A DNA stretch of 64,000 nucleotides from Octopus sinensis. Taxonomy: Eukaryota. The stretch is taken from assembly GCF_006345805.1 (NCBI RefSeq), contig NC_042998.1:74772001-74836000 (forward strand). The letters are read 5' to 3'. Numbering within the stretch: the stretch's first letter is position 1; every line of letters starts with the position of its first letter. Made by a program: the position numbers and the translations under genes. The notes beneath the pieces were generated by a model. It made no database searches. It was not told the DNA's origin and worked only from the letters and a program-made list of their open reading frames with translations. Shown piece by piece: positions 23,470 through 35,860 of this stretch.

Positions 23470-24420
23470 ATTATAGGAAGAGATTTATAATCTTACAGCT
23501 GTTTCTGGGCTATCCCCGAGTATGAGATATTCCGTAATCAGAGATAAATAGAGGAAAAAAGAGGGAAAATGAGAATGGTATACATTAATAAGACCACCAC
23601 ATGGAGGAAGGGAGTAAAATAATAAGGAGATGGAGAGAAGCAATCCTGCGTATATCCATGTGGGTTATAGCAGACACCAGAAGAAAAAAAATGGTAGCGG
23701 AGGTGGCTACAAAATGGTAAAAGTAAAGAAAATAAATAGAAAGAGAGGTAGATAGAGTGTGGTGGGGGGATTTTAAGGATTGGCTATATGATAAAGTAAG
23801 GTGCATGGGAAGCTGTAGAGGAAGATAGGGTAAAAAAAAGAGCAAAATGAAAGAAATTTAAAGAGAATAGTAGATGTCTGGTCGTCTCAAAGTCTAAAGT
23901 TGTTGGGGAGTAAATTTAGTAGTAATTGCTTGTGTCGTTTCTGGCTAAAGGTCAGTAGCTCTAGAGTTATTTTTAGCAATGGGTTGCGGGTATGCAGGTA
24001 GTCGAGAATGGAAGAGCTAGTTGAATGTTAAATTATTTATGAGTGGGAGTTAGAGTTAGGGGTTTATATCAGGAGATTTCTTGTTTAAGGTTAAAAAATT
24101 AATGAAGGATGTAATTAACGCCGATGTAATCGGTAGAACTAAGCACGTGTCTGGTTTTATACAGAAAACTAGTGTTTAGTTTTGCAAATTATATTGAATT
24201 TGGAACGATCGTTCAGAGGAATCTACGGACGAAGGATTACGTAAGTAATTTATTCGGTAATAAACGGAACCGGTATACGATTAATTCTTGATTTTTATAT
24301 AATTTTCATCTGTCTTGCCCGCCTATGTTCTGGTGTTCGCTGAATTTTCTCTGGAGAACATTCTTTCTTTGTAGTTAGACCGTACGTAATCTTCTTCTAG
24401 CATATGCCTATCCACCTAGT
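23470..24420 (-). mobile_element. 3' fragment of a Penelope-like element (GIY-YIG relic, purine-skewed UTR, terminal hammerhead)
   Basis: Minus strand gives YGLTTK...RKFSEHQ (YxGxT..R..EH-like), and the element ends in the hammerhead at 23490-23545 next to (ATT)n. Confidence 0.6.
23490..23545 (-). ncRNA. Type I hammerhead motif with a G8U substitution
   Basis: Reverse complement: atct-CTGATTA-c-gg aa tatctc atactc ggggata g cc-ca-GAA-ACAGCTGT-A-agat. Confidence 0.6.
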
Positions 24421-24440
24421 AGTTTTTAGCCCTAAATACG

Positions 24441-24504
<64 letters not shown>

Positions 24505-25321
24505 TATACATATATATCTATATAAACATATATATATATGTGTGTGTATATATATGTATGTATACGTACAGACATACATATATATATGTATACACACACA
24601 AGCATATATATATATATACATATACGTACATACATATATTCATATATGTTAAATATATGTATGTGTTTGTATAAGTTTATATAGGTATGCCTACGAATAA
24701 TCGATTATTGATGAAATATATAATTCTAACTAATCAATCCAGTGATATAGAAATGATTTATCATTATAGAAGATTTTCTCCATTATACTCTCACTTTACT
24801 GCTCTGAATCGCGTTCACTAAAACACAATTTTTTTTAGTATATATGGTTTTGTCGTTGTTCTGAGCATCTATTGTAGACAAATTTAATGCTTAAACCAGC
24901 AAATAAAATGGCGACCACATAGGGCTTCAAGCGCTCTGATGGAAACCTGCTAATGACAGTCGTTATCGCCGAACACTGAGGGAAAAATATTTGCAAATTA
25001 CAGCGCTATTGTGTGATTTCATTTAATGTTCTGTGAGGCACTCAGAAGAGGTGCCAGCTTTGTCTTATTGATTTTCTACATATAATGTATATACATTTAT
25101 CTACATAGGAATAAGTATATAGACATTGAAATAAATAGATACGTCTATTGTCATACATATTTACATTCATACTTTGGATGTTAGTGCGACAATAATTGCT
25201 GTCAGATGTATCAGATAAGGAAACTTCAAGGGTTACATATGTGAGCGTGTGTGAGAGTGAGAGTGTAGTATGTATATATATTTGTCCGTGTGTATATGTA
25301 CATATGCAATTATACAAACAT

Positions 25322-25353
<32 letters not shown>

Positions 25354-25460
25354 ATATATATATAATATAATATAATATAATATAATATAAGTAGACACAT
25401 CACACGCATATATATATATATTATATATATATATATATAATATAATATAAGTAGACACAT

Positions 25461-25517
<57 letters not shown>

Positions 25518-28500
25518 TTTTCACACGCATGAACATACAAGCACTCAATACACCAACATCTTCCCAGACAAATATTATGAACGTAAAACAACGCAAATGA
25601 GGATGGGGTGGTTATGAGGTAGGAATGAATATCACATTGTTTAGTATATCTTACGTCAACTCTTCTAAAGTACATTACTCTAGATAGTGAACAGTTGCAT
25701 ACACACACAGATACATATATAGACACACATACTCCCACCCATATATGCTTATGCCTGTGTGCATGACAGAGAGTGACAGAAATAGATAAATAGATAGATT
25801 GATAGATAGATAGAGAGAGAGAAACAGAGAGAGAAATAGAAAGAGAGAGCACTTTTTTCTGCTTTATAAGATGTTTCTTTTAATTTGGCTTCTTTTTGTT
25901 AAAAAAAGCTAAAAATATATTTTAGGAAGCTGCTACGGAAACTAATAAAGAATATGATTTTTTGTTCAAATCATTTGTTCTGTTCTCTTAATTTATGGCA
26001 TACGAGTTCTTTTAAAATCCTGTTTGGGACGTTGTCTGCAGAATATGAATAAATCTATGAATAAAATGAGAGTAAGCCTATCACCTGATTTCTTCTTATG
26101 ACTTTCAATATTATATCTAACAATGTTCTTTATTCTTTTCTAAGAGGTGTGTTAATAAAAGTTATACTTCTATATTATAACATCATCAATTTCTTTTGGT
26201 AATATCATTTGTAACTATCTTCGTTGATTCAACTTATAGCTATCTCAAGCTATCTCACATAGAAATATATAATGTAAAGCCTGTCCTAATCAATAAATTA
26301 GGCAACAATCTAATAGATTTTATCACGGCGCATATTAAACACGGAACTAATAGCAGTATCTCTTCACACCAAAATCTCTACAACGTACATGTATTCAATA
26401 CAAACAAGAGTAAAAAGCTTGAGTATACGCAAATACAAAATACATGAAAAGAAAAATGAACAGAATATATTTTTCATTAATATGAATGATAGATACAGAA
26501 TCATATAATATATTCGAGCAACGAAAAATTAGGACAACTAACAATGTCCAGTAGATTTCCCAAAAATCATCCTCTATGGAATTGTAGTAGGGACGTCACG
26601 AGGGTGGCTCTAGGAATCAGGAAGAAAGTGAAAGGTCAAGGTAAAGCAATAGAAAGTGATAATGCTGATAGTTATACACTAGCGAGTAGTAACACAGCTT
26701 CTTCACAATTACCGATATCACAGGTTATATATGTGGCAGTGATATGCGTATTAATATACAAATCAACATGCTTTTCAGAAAATATGCAAGGTTCTAGTCA
26801 CGAACACAAGAGACCCTTGATGAAGGCATTTGAACGAGTATATCAACTTCTGGAATGGCGCTGTTGGTACGTAGATTGACATATCGGTCTGCATCTGAAG
26901 AAGGCTTGCTCGGTTGATTGATTTTGCATCACTAACAGACACACTTCAACGTAAGATCCACAGGAGTGCTCTCTCTCTTCTCTCTACTTTTTTGATATCG
27001 CTACTATGATGGTTTCTGCTTTCTCAAAGTTTGCTACTCTCATACACCCACCACAAGAGCAATCCGTACTTACTCATACTTACCTCTCATCCTCTTTGTA
27101 CGTCCAACCTCCTTTTTTCTCCGCACTAAACACCATGCTGTATTCTTATTCTTCAGAATATCGGGACTTTGAGCTCTCATTCCCGCTCATGTGTTTCTTG
27201 CAAATATTAACCAACAGGGGTCCATATGAAACAATTAATGGCGTCAAGCGTCAAGATACCCAGCCTTGGAGGACCATCAAGAAGTCCATAGACACAGCCG
27301 GTTTTCCCGGAATCAGTAAGAAAAATAAAAAGAAAAGACAGAAAAACTTGACATAAACTAACGATGAAGTTTTTCTGCAGGCTTTCTAGTTGCTAAAGTG
27401 ACCAGATAATTCATACTTGAATTCAGCTTCCATCAATAGATAGACAACCCAAACTGCTTGGATTACTGAAGCTACACGCAGCAACTTTAACACAGCTACA
27501 GTATTATGTAACTAATGGGCGAGCTGAATCATAAGAAAGTAAGGCAGATAATTAAGAATGCAAAGTCACAGCCCAGGTTCTACATAAAACGAAGCTCTTA
27601 ATGTATTTATCGGTGGATGAAAGATATAGAATGAAGTTGTTTACAAAAGTACGATGTATTCATCAAAGATAAAGTTACATATTTTCCACTTCACGCATTT
27701 TCTAAATAGAAAGTTTGTTCTAAATTTCAGACGTACCTAACCTTACCTTTCAATAAATTTCAATTTGCTAGAATCAGTTAGCAGCAAACACCCACGATTC
27801 TGTCAAGGAAGTTGTTTACCTAAGTTTAGATAGTTGAGTGTGATAAAATGAATGTGAAAAGGTTTGTTGACAATTAATTTATTAAAAAGGAAGATGAAAG
27901 TGATATTTTTATTGTTTAGTAAACAAAAGATGTTAGCGATTATGTGTGTCTCAAGGATTTTTAGAGGTCTGGTATGCAGCACATGCATATGAAAGAGATC
28001 TGAGTTAAAGTCAGATTTTAATCTATACAAGTATTATGCCTGAAGCTCTAACAATTCCTCTAATCTACATCCATAGAAGGTTGTTATTTTATCTACAAAG
28101 GAAAAATGAGAAGCAAAGCTGATTAGTGTAGATTTTGAAGTCAGAGGTCAAAGCCCTGAAATAGATATCACATTATTAATTTTGTGAAAATATAATCTAA
28201 AAAACTAAAGAAAAAAATAACAAGAGTATGCTTATCTATATTTACAAGAGTTTCGAATCTGTCGAAGTATATTAAGACTGAATATACAATTGATTCTAGC
28301 TGTTCACCTTACAGGTGACGATTTATATGTTTGCAGATATCAGCACTCGTTAGAAAATAGTTCTATTCGCTAAGGTTAGAAGCAAGTGCTTCGAGCTTTT
28401 GACTGATTCAATAGTTCGTGTGCATTTGGCTAACGAGACAGCGATGTTGAAACACCGGATGTCCCATATTCAGTTGTGCTTTTGAATCGGGTGTACTATG

Positions 28501-28589
28501 AAAACACAGTCGTCGTAAAGAAATTAATCTCCAGTGAGGAAACACACCGGCGTATAATATATTCACGTTCAAATCTGCCGGAACTCATT

Positions 28590-28915
28590 CAGAATGGATA
28601 CACAAGTTATTGTTGAGGCAGTTACAAAAGGCTATCAAGACCAAACACCCATGACAACTGACGGAAGGGATCTTGTTTCATAAGAACAATGCTTGCTGGG
28701 AACCAGTATTGCAGTAATGATGACGTCATATCTGCTGTTGATAACTTTTTAGAGCATCTGAATGAAAGCTTCTTAACCAATGGGATCGAAGAACTGCAAA
28801 ACCGATGGCAGAAATGCAAGGACCGCAAAGAGGACTATGTTGAAAAGCAAACCCCATTTGGTCATATTCCACGAGAACATCTTGGCCAGCCTAAGCGCTT
28901 TTCATCCGACCCTCG
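28590..28915 (+). mobile_element. Internally deleted mariner 3' fragment
   Basis: LLRQLQKAIKTKHP..GILFH followed by MLAGNQYCSNDDVISAV...GIEELQNRWQKCKDRKEDYVEK. TIR cttttcatccgaccctcg followed by TA. Confidence 0.85.
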
Positions 28916-30004
28916 TATACATTACTAAATACATACAATACAAATGCTGAGACAGGTAACTGAGACAGTTTACATATGAAATCTCAGATTAAATTTCGAA
29001 TATAAAGCATTAAGAGAAAACCAGCCAAGATCAACAAACCGCAAACTATACTTCTAAGCATCAATACAACTAATAAATTACAATGATAACAATGACAACT
29101 TTAAACTTCCATAAACTGTTATATTGGTTATACAAGTAAAATTTTATTCCTTCTTTTGATCATATATTTACAAGGATCCATCTCACAACAAAATCGACAG
29201 ACAGCCAAAAGTTTACAACACTACTATTTAATATAGAATTACACCAAAAAATTAGGAGAGTAACTGAGGCAGGTGTGTCATGAGGTAAATGTAGGCCAAA
29301 ATCAATGCACACATAAAACACACAAAAGAAACAACTAGACTTTGAGAAAATTAACTCATTCTCAAGCTAAAGTCCAAATAAAATTACACCAAAGTGCCAC
29401 ACACAAAAAAGTTTATTTTCTTTCTTCCACTTACACTAGCTCTATACATATATGCGTGGCGTGCGTATATGCACATGTCTATGTATATAGGTAGAGAGAT
29501 ACTAATGTGCATATGTGTATATATAAGTATGAGATTATACAGATAAACATAGGTGTGATTTATTAATATACTTCTATATTAGCACTTGGTCTCGATATTT
29601 GTTATATGCAATACAGTTCATATCTAGTTTAAATGGAAAGAACCTAATATCTATAGAGGTGAGCAACAAGAAGAAAGTACCTAAAATGCCTTATGTTTAT
29701 ACATTGAGAATGGGGTATATATTTACTTAATTTCAACCTCCTGGTAAGTGTGGGAGATAATAATAAAATAGAAGAAAAAATTGAAGATTATAGAGAAAAA
29801 AAACGTAAGTGAAAAAGAGATCTGACAACGAGAATATAAGCTGTAAACGGATAAAAGAACGGAATCTGGAAGCAACTCTCGACAACCAATGTCAACAGGT
29901 CAAACAACATGTATAGAACAGAAGCATATGCCTGAAAGAAGAAAAAAAAGCACCGAGGTCAAAAACAAGTTTTCATTAACTAAATTTCAAACAGTTTCAA
30001 TGGA

Positions 30005-30172
30005 ACTGTTTCAGTGACTAGGTAGCAGCGAAGCGTGATAAAAATTGACACCTTAACAAATAAATGAAAAGTGAATTTTACAGAATTTGTGTGAGTTTAT
30101 AGATAGCCAACATGACTTTTCCACGATGTAATTGTTTCAGTTCCTAGACACGGTCTCAGATCAAGTCACTTG
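30005..30172 (+). mobile_element. Older copy of the short hammerhead-bearing element at 35678-35860
   Basis: tcaGTGACTAggtagc..gc..gataaaaattgaca...ccacgatgtaattgtttc.ttcc..acacggtctcagatcaagtcact aligns with the reverse complement of 35680-35846. Confidence 0.7.
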
Positions 30173-30229
30173 AAAGACAAGTACCTCTCTGAGATGTGTG
30201 CGCGCGTGTGCGTGCATGTAGGTGCGCTC

Positions 30230-30289
30230 AAACATACATATGTATACTCAAAAATATGTGTATATGATATATATATATATATATGATAT

Positions 30290-30322
<33 letters not shown>

Positions 30323-30405
30323 GTATGTATATGTATATATGTATATTATATAGATATATGCATGTATATGTATGTGTATATATGTGTATATATATGTGTG
30401 TATGT

Positions 30406-30457
<52 letters not shown>

Positions 30458-30458
30458 G

Positions 30459-30505
<47 letters not shown>

Positions 30506-30525
30506 GCACATACGGATATATATGC
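30230..30525. repeat. (TA)n-rich compound microsatellite
   Basis: Direct reading; includes a duplicated acaggcacata unit. Confidence 0.95.
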
Positions 30526-31578
30526 ATAGGAATAAAATGTTCTTGTTAGTGTTAGAATGGTATATTACGAATAATAAAAGTGATTGGTGAGAAGCAATGA
30601 GGGGATCATTGCTTAGTTTATATATATATATATATATAGGTGTAAGAAGTTTCCGAATTTTCTCAAAGAAACGAACTGAACTAAACCACTGTCTAAACTT
30701 TTGTATCCATAAATTTAGATTGCTGATATGTAGAAAGAGACATAAGTACGTACAATTTTAAGTAATAATTATTTTTATTTTGCTGAGGAAATATAAGTTT
30801 TTATATAAGTAAATAAAAAAAAATTCTAAATAACTGCACCTTCATAGTGCAGGAAAGGTAATTAGATTTTGAGAATTATATAACATACACTCGTTTCCAC
30901 ATAACAATTGTTACTATTACACAAGCCGTTTGATTTTTTTTTTGTTAGCTGACTGATATACTTTTTCGGTTTTATCAGTAAGAAATACTCTGCAAGTTAT
31001 GAATAAGGTAGCTGGTGCAGCAGAATAGACGTAAGATAGTAGGATGGTGCTAAGAGAGTAGGCATAGGGAAGAAGGAGGGGAAGTAATGTAGGACATCAC
31101 AGGCAGTAACATGTACTAACACTAACGCACCCGTAATAATCCTACACATTGAGAGAAAGGAAGGAAAATAAGAAGGCGTTTGGACAAGGCGATAGTTATT
31201 ATAATAAGGGTGATTACAAGTACAAGAACAACAGCCACTGGTATATATCAAAATGTGAAAGTAAAATTCTATTTTGTCGTTCTCAACATTTTAATGTTAT
31301 TTGGTTAAACTCCTTTCCGGTGCAACAGACATAGCCTTCGATCAGTGTATTGGTAAATAGGTTTGTAAATCAAAGCAATTCACGCATACACACAGGCACA
31401 CACCGGAACAAACACGCACCTACATAAATATCCAGTCTCGCAAATGTGTGTTTGTGTGTGTGCGTGTGTGTTTACATCGGTGTTTGTTATTTATTTGCAA
31501 ACACGATATCAAAATTCTGCTTTAAAACAGGCTGAGTTCGTGTTTGTTATTAATATGTACGATGTGTTTATGATTACA

Positions 31579-31961
31579 CAAGCAGTATCGCCCGGCGTTG
31601 CTCGGGTTTGTAAGGGAAATAACTATAAAGCATTTTTAGAGAGTTATAGCCAAAAAATAGCAAAAAAATGGAAAAAAAATGATGGTAATTTTTTTGGGGA
31701 GAGTAAAAAAGGTCGAGTTGCGTCCCCATGACAGTCTGTGGTTTGTGTCTCTGATTCTCGACCCCATGTCGAATTTATCGATTTTTTTCAGAACTGGGGG
31801 AACTTTTCAAAATTTTCGCTGCGTTAGTTTTGAATTATGACATTGGGCTATGTGTGTGTCAAGTTTCATCAGAATCGGTTGAAAGCTGTGGTCAGGGTGA
31901 GGGTACAACCTAACAGACACACAGAGACACACACAGACAAACTGCCGTTTATATAGAGAGA
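31579..31961 (-). mobile_element. Non-autonomous Helitron-like element
   Basis: The reverse complement starts A|TCtctctatataaac, has a (CTGT)-type microsatellite, and ends with the hairpin cccgagcaacgccggg followed by CTTG|T. No TSD. Confidence 0.75.
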
Positions 31962-32687
31962 TATAATAATCACATGTAGTGTCACTGTAAATTTAGTACC
32001 ATGTTACAATGCACCAGTGCTCTGATTATGAATAAAAAGACAAACTGAAACTATCTACACCCACCGCCAAACTACCTTATATAATATGTCGTCCATCTTG
32101 CTTCTAGACGTTATAATATAGTTTAAGGAATATTTGGCTGCTATTTCTAACAAGGCAAGAGACCACGTAACGGTCTCGTCTTCGCTGCCTTATCCTTGTG
32201 TATGCTGATTTTCATGACAGCAAATAATTACAACTTCCAATATGTCAACAAATTGACGATTTCGATTGACTAAATTTCATAATTTTAACTTCTTATAAAT
32301 TCTATGTAATTCATATGTAGAATGAGAAAACAAATGCAATTTTCATAATCACCACAAAAAAAAAAAAAGAAAAAAAAAAACCTAATCTACAAAATTTTTT
32401 TCAAAAATGATCTGGTGAAAATTAGAAATACTTCAAGTGGTTGGAGGAAATTCAACAAGATCAGTCTCGTTAATAGAATACAATAACCGAAGAAAACATG
32501 AACAAAATTAAAGGTGAAAGAAGTAAAAAATAAATTATGTTCCACCTTCAAGAACAAGAAACTAACAACTAATATTTGAAGATATTAAAATACCTCATTT
32601 ATAAATGAGGAATTTTAATAATTGCACGGTTTCAATATAATTGTCTGCTCATTTTCAAATTGATACGTGTGATAAAGTATGTGTGTA

Positions 32688-32724
<37 letters not shown>

Positions 32725-33021
32725 GGAGGGAGAAAGAAAGGTACCGAGTCACAGAAAGAGAAAGTGAATTTAAAAAGTAAATAAAGAAAATAGAGAAGCT
32801 GTTTGATGATATAAACTGACAATATTTCTGTATCTTACATTAACACTTGTACTCTAAACAATTCCCTTACAGCTATCGGCTTTTCAGCATCTCGTTTATG
32901 GAATAATTATATGAAAATCTTGAATCTGTGATTTTTTTTCTCCTGCGATGCGCTGAGTACGATTTTGGAAAAATTTTGTTGAGAAATGGAAACGTGTTTC
33001 AACATGACATATATACATATC

Positions 33022-33053
<32 letters not shown>

Positions 33054-33206
33054 TGTATGTATGTATGTATGTATGTATAGCAAAAATTGAGATTCAGATG
33101 AATACGGTACTTAAGCTGAGGCACCAGAATTTAGTATGGTATTATCCATACAATTTTAAAATAAGGTGATCAAAATCAACATAAGCAACAACGGTATCCA
33201 GAAGTA

Positions 33207-33294
33207 ATGCAGTACGATCGTTTCATGCAACTACATTTAATTGAACAATGCAACTATTACATCAATTTAAATGCAGAGCAATCCTCAGCTGCAC
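33207..33294 (-). ncRNA. Type I hammerhead with extended stem II (left arm)
   Basis: Reverse complement: gtgcag-CTGAGGA-t-tgc t ctgcattta a attga...tcaat taaatgtag t tgca-t-GAA-ACGATCGT-A-ctgcat. Confidence 0.8.
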
Positions 33295-33347
33295 AGACAT
33301 ATAATTTAATGTTCATCTGTTTTAATTTAATTAAATTCTATGTCTTT

Positions 33348-33435
33348 GTGCAGCTGAGGATTGCTCTGCATTTAAATTGATGTAATGGCTGCATTGTTAA
33401 ATTAAATGGAGTTGCGTGAAACGATCGTACTGCAT
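33348..33435 (+). ncRNA. Type I hammerhead with extended stem II (right arm)
   Basis: gtgcag-CTGAGGA-ttgc...gcgt-GAA-ACGATCGT-A-ctgcat; predicted cleavage after 33429 (GUA). Confidence 0.8.
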
Positions 33436-33513
33436 TACCTCTGGATATCCTTGTATGTATGTATATGTATGTATGTATGTCTGTACGTACGTACGTATGT
33501 GTGTATGTATGTA

Positions 33514-33750
33514 ATTATTCAGTTTTATTTCAAGATTTCTTGCCAATAAAGAGCCGATTTCTAACCTAGATCAACAGGGTATTTTTGCATGTATGTATGC
33601 GTACAGATTCCTATCTTTTGTTTTATGTATGTATTCTCACAGATATAGTTGCATATCTAGACATGCTCATATATGCTTAAATGATAAAATTCTTGAAAAG
33701 TTTAGAGATTTCTACAGTTCAATGATGGACTGGATACGTAGACTTCTAAT
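33514..33750 (-). mobile_element. 3' end of the R4/Dong LINE family of 1973-3510
   Basis: The reverse complement matches 3230-3510 with an internal deletion; (TATG)n lies on both sides. Confidence 0.85.
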
Positions 33751-34197
33751 GTATGTATGTATGTATGTATGTATGTATGTATGTATGTATGTATGTATGT
33801 ACGTACGTATGTATGTATGTATGTATGTATGTATGTATGTATGCATGCATGCATGCATGTATGTACTTACGTACATGTGTATGTATATATGACTGGCTCC
33901 CTTGTCGATTTTGACATGTAAGTGACCGCTTGTTCGTTCAGCTGAAAACAGTCTACTTTACCGAAGTTGCTGAGTATTCTGTAGAGAAGCTTAACCGAAA
34001 TTTCATTCTCAAGTATTATCAGCTCGACAAGCCCGGGGTTTTCAATTAGAGGTACGATACTTTAATATTTCTCCTCTCCTAAAGTTTGACAAATAAATAC
34101 ATTTTTGCTGAAATTCTATTGTCATCTCGTAAGAATATAAATAAATAAAATTGCATATCTGTTTAGCCTTCAACATATGTGTCTGTATATATATTTA

Positions 34198-34413
34198 CGA
34201 GGGGTTGTTGAAAAGTTTCTGCCTTTAAAGCTATCACAAAAGACCTAGTTTGAAGACCAACCTTCCGAGTACTTTTACAGGGCTTAGAAAAACTGTAGGT
34301 CCGCGGCACTAAGTGTGTAAATCTACTAGGGGAATATGTTGAATACAATTATAATTAACTGATCCAGCTGTATTTTCTTTTACCGCTAGGTAGGGGTTTT
34401 TCAACACCCCTCG
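34198..34413 (+). mobile_element. Mariner-derived MITE
   Basis: TA-cgaggggttgttgaaaagttt ... ttttcaacacccctcg; internal KCVNLLGEYVE transposase tail. Confidence 0.8.
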
Positions 34414-34445
34414 CGTATATATATATATGCTTATATACACGTATT

Positions 34446-34560
34446 TATCGCTAAAGAGGGGAAAATTTTTATGAATTAACCCCGAAATTGTGACCAATAC
34501 GGTAATAACTGATTTTTTAGAAATTTCTATCGGTTTGTTTCGAGACGCATAAATTATAAT
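34446..34560 (+). mobile_element. Decayed paralog of the hammerhead element at 1690-1797
   Basis: tatcg-CTAAAGA-gggg..ttatgaattaa-cccc-GAAAttgtgac-caata-cggtaataa; core mutated. Confidence 0.7.
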
Positions 34561-35677
34561 GTTTATTGACAATTTTGTCTTTTTTTCGGCATATTTGGCA
34601 TTAGAATTTTTCTTTTGCCTTATTTTGTAAATTATTTATAAATTTAACCTTTAAAGGTATTTTTTGATATGCTGGCCATTGATAACATTTTTTTCTCGAA
34701 AAAAATTTTATCCTACATTAGTTATATGTATATATATATATATATGTAAGTATGTATGTATGTATATGTATGCATGTATATATGTATGTATATATGTATG
34801 CGTACGTAGTCTAAAGCATTTCTACACTTGCATAAATATTGATGTTTGTAGTGCAGGGTGTAAGGGTCGATGAATATAGATGTGTCTTAATTCTCCATTA
34901 TGTTAATCTATAAAGAAGTATATTATATATCAACGACATAAGAATACGCGAATAAATGGCAAACGAAAGAAGTGGTTACCGGAAACATTTTACCGCTCAC
35001 ATCGTCTACAACTTCCGATTGCATAATCATCTCTTATAAAATCTTTCTCTGTTGATAGTACAGACAGCTTCAATTCAGCGACAAAATATTGCCACTAGAG
35101 TATTTGGAGACCTCTCTAGCATAAATTACGTCTCACATTATACAAATAAATAAACACACACACACACACACATACATACATACATACATACATACATACA
35201 TACATACATACATACATACACACGCACATGCTTTCATACATATGTCCATAAAGGCACACTCACATATAAATCGCAAATTGGGAACTATCATTTTGAAACA
35301 TGGTGCAGCAACCACATGACTACGTTCGAGTTCTAAATTCATTTAAGGATGGTTATATTTCTTTATTCGTTCCTTAATTTTAATCCGGAACATTAGCGCT
35401 CTTCAATCCATTATCCTATTATCGTTTCGAAGCTGTCTCAGCTATATGCTTATAATTGTATGCTGTCGTGTTTTGACCCGTTGTGCGTTGGGTCACAAAC
35501 TCACTGTTAAAATATATTACGAAAACATCAAAATGTAAAACATTCTCATTATCACAAAACCAATCAAGATCAACAAACCACCGAATGTACTTCAAAGCAC
35601 TCTTGCAAATTATAAGTTACATTGCAAATATTACAGCTTTAAACATTAATCAAAATTACGGAGATGTACTTGCATAG

Positions 35678-35860
35678 CTAGTGACTTGATCTGAGATCGT
35701 GTGCTGGAACGAAAACTATTGCAGCGTGGAAGGTGTTTATAAGCCATTTAAGAAACACACAAAACCGTTAGATTCACTTCAACATATAAATTTAATTTGT
35801 CAAAATATTTTCGTCGCTTTGAGACCGCGACCTGTTCACTGACAAAGCTTCGTGCTGCAT
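35678..35860 (-). mobile_element. Short dispersed element (Penelope pLTR-like) carrying a variant hammerhead
   Basis: A second copy lies at 30005-30172; the hammerhead is at the 5' end on the minus strand. Confidence 0.65.
35796..35846 (-). ncRNA. Type I hammerhead with a compensatory G3:C8 core
   Basis: Reverse complement: tttgtca-GTGAACA-g-gtcgc ggtctcaaa gcgac-GAA-AATATT-T-tgacaaa. Perfect 7-bp stem I, 5-bp stem II, palindromic stem III. Confidence 0.75.

Larger units (their letters stand above)
33189..33453. repeat. Foldback with about 120-bp arms and a 19-nt spacer, carrying two divergent hammerheads, in (TATG)n
   Basis: tatccagaagtaatgcagtacgatcgtttc...aatttaat / attaaatt...gaaacgatcgtactgcattacctctggata. 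Confidence 0.92.

Noticed and set aside
25330-25510. Duplicated ataatataagtagacacatcacac block
   Set aside because: Ordinary slippage duplication inside a microsatellite.
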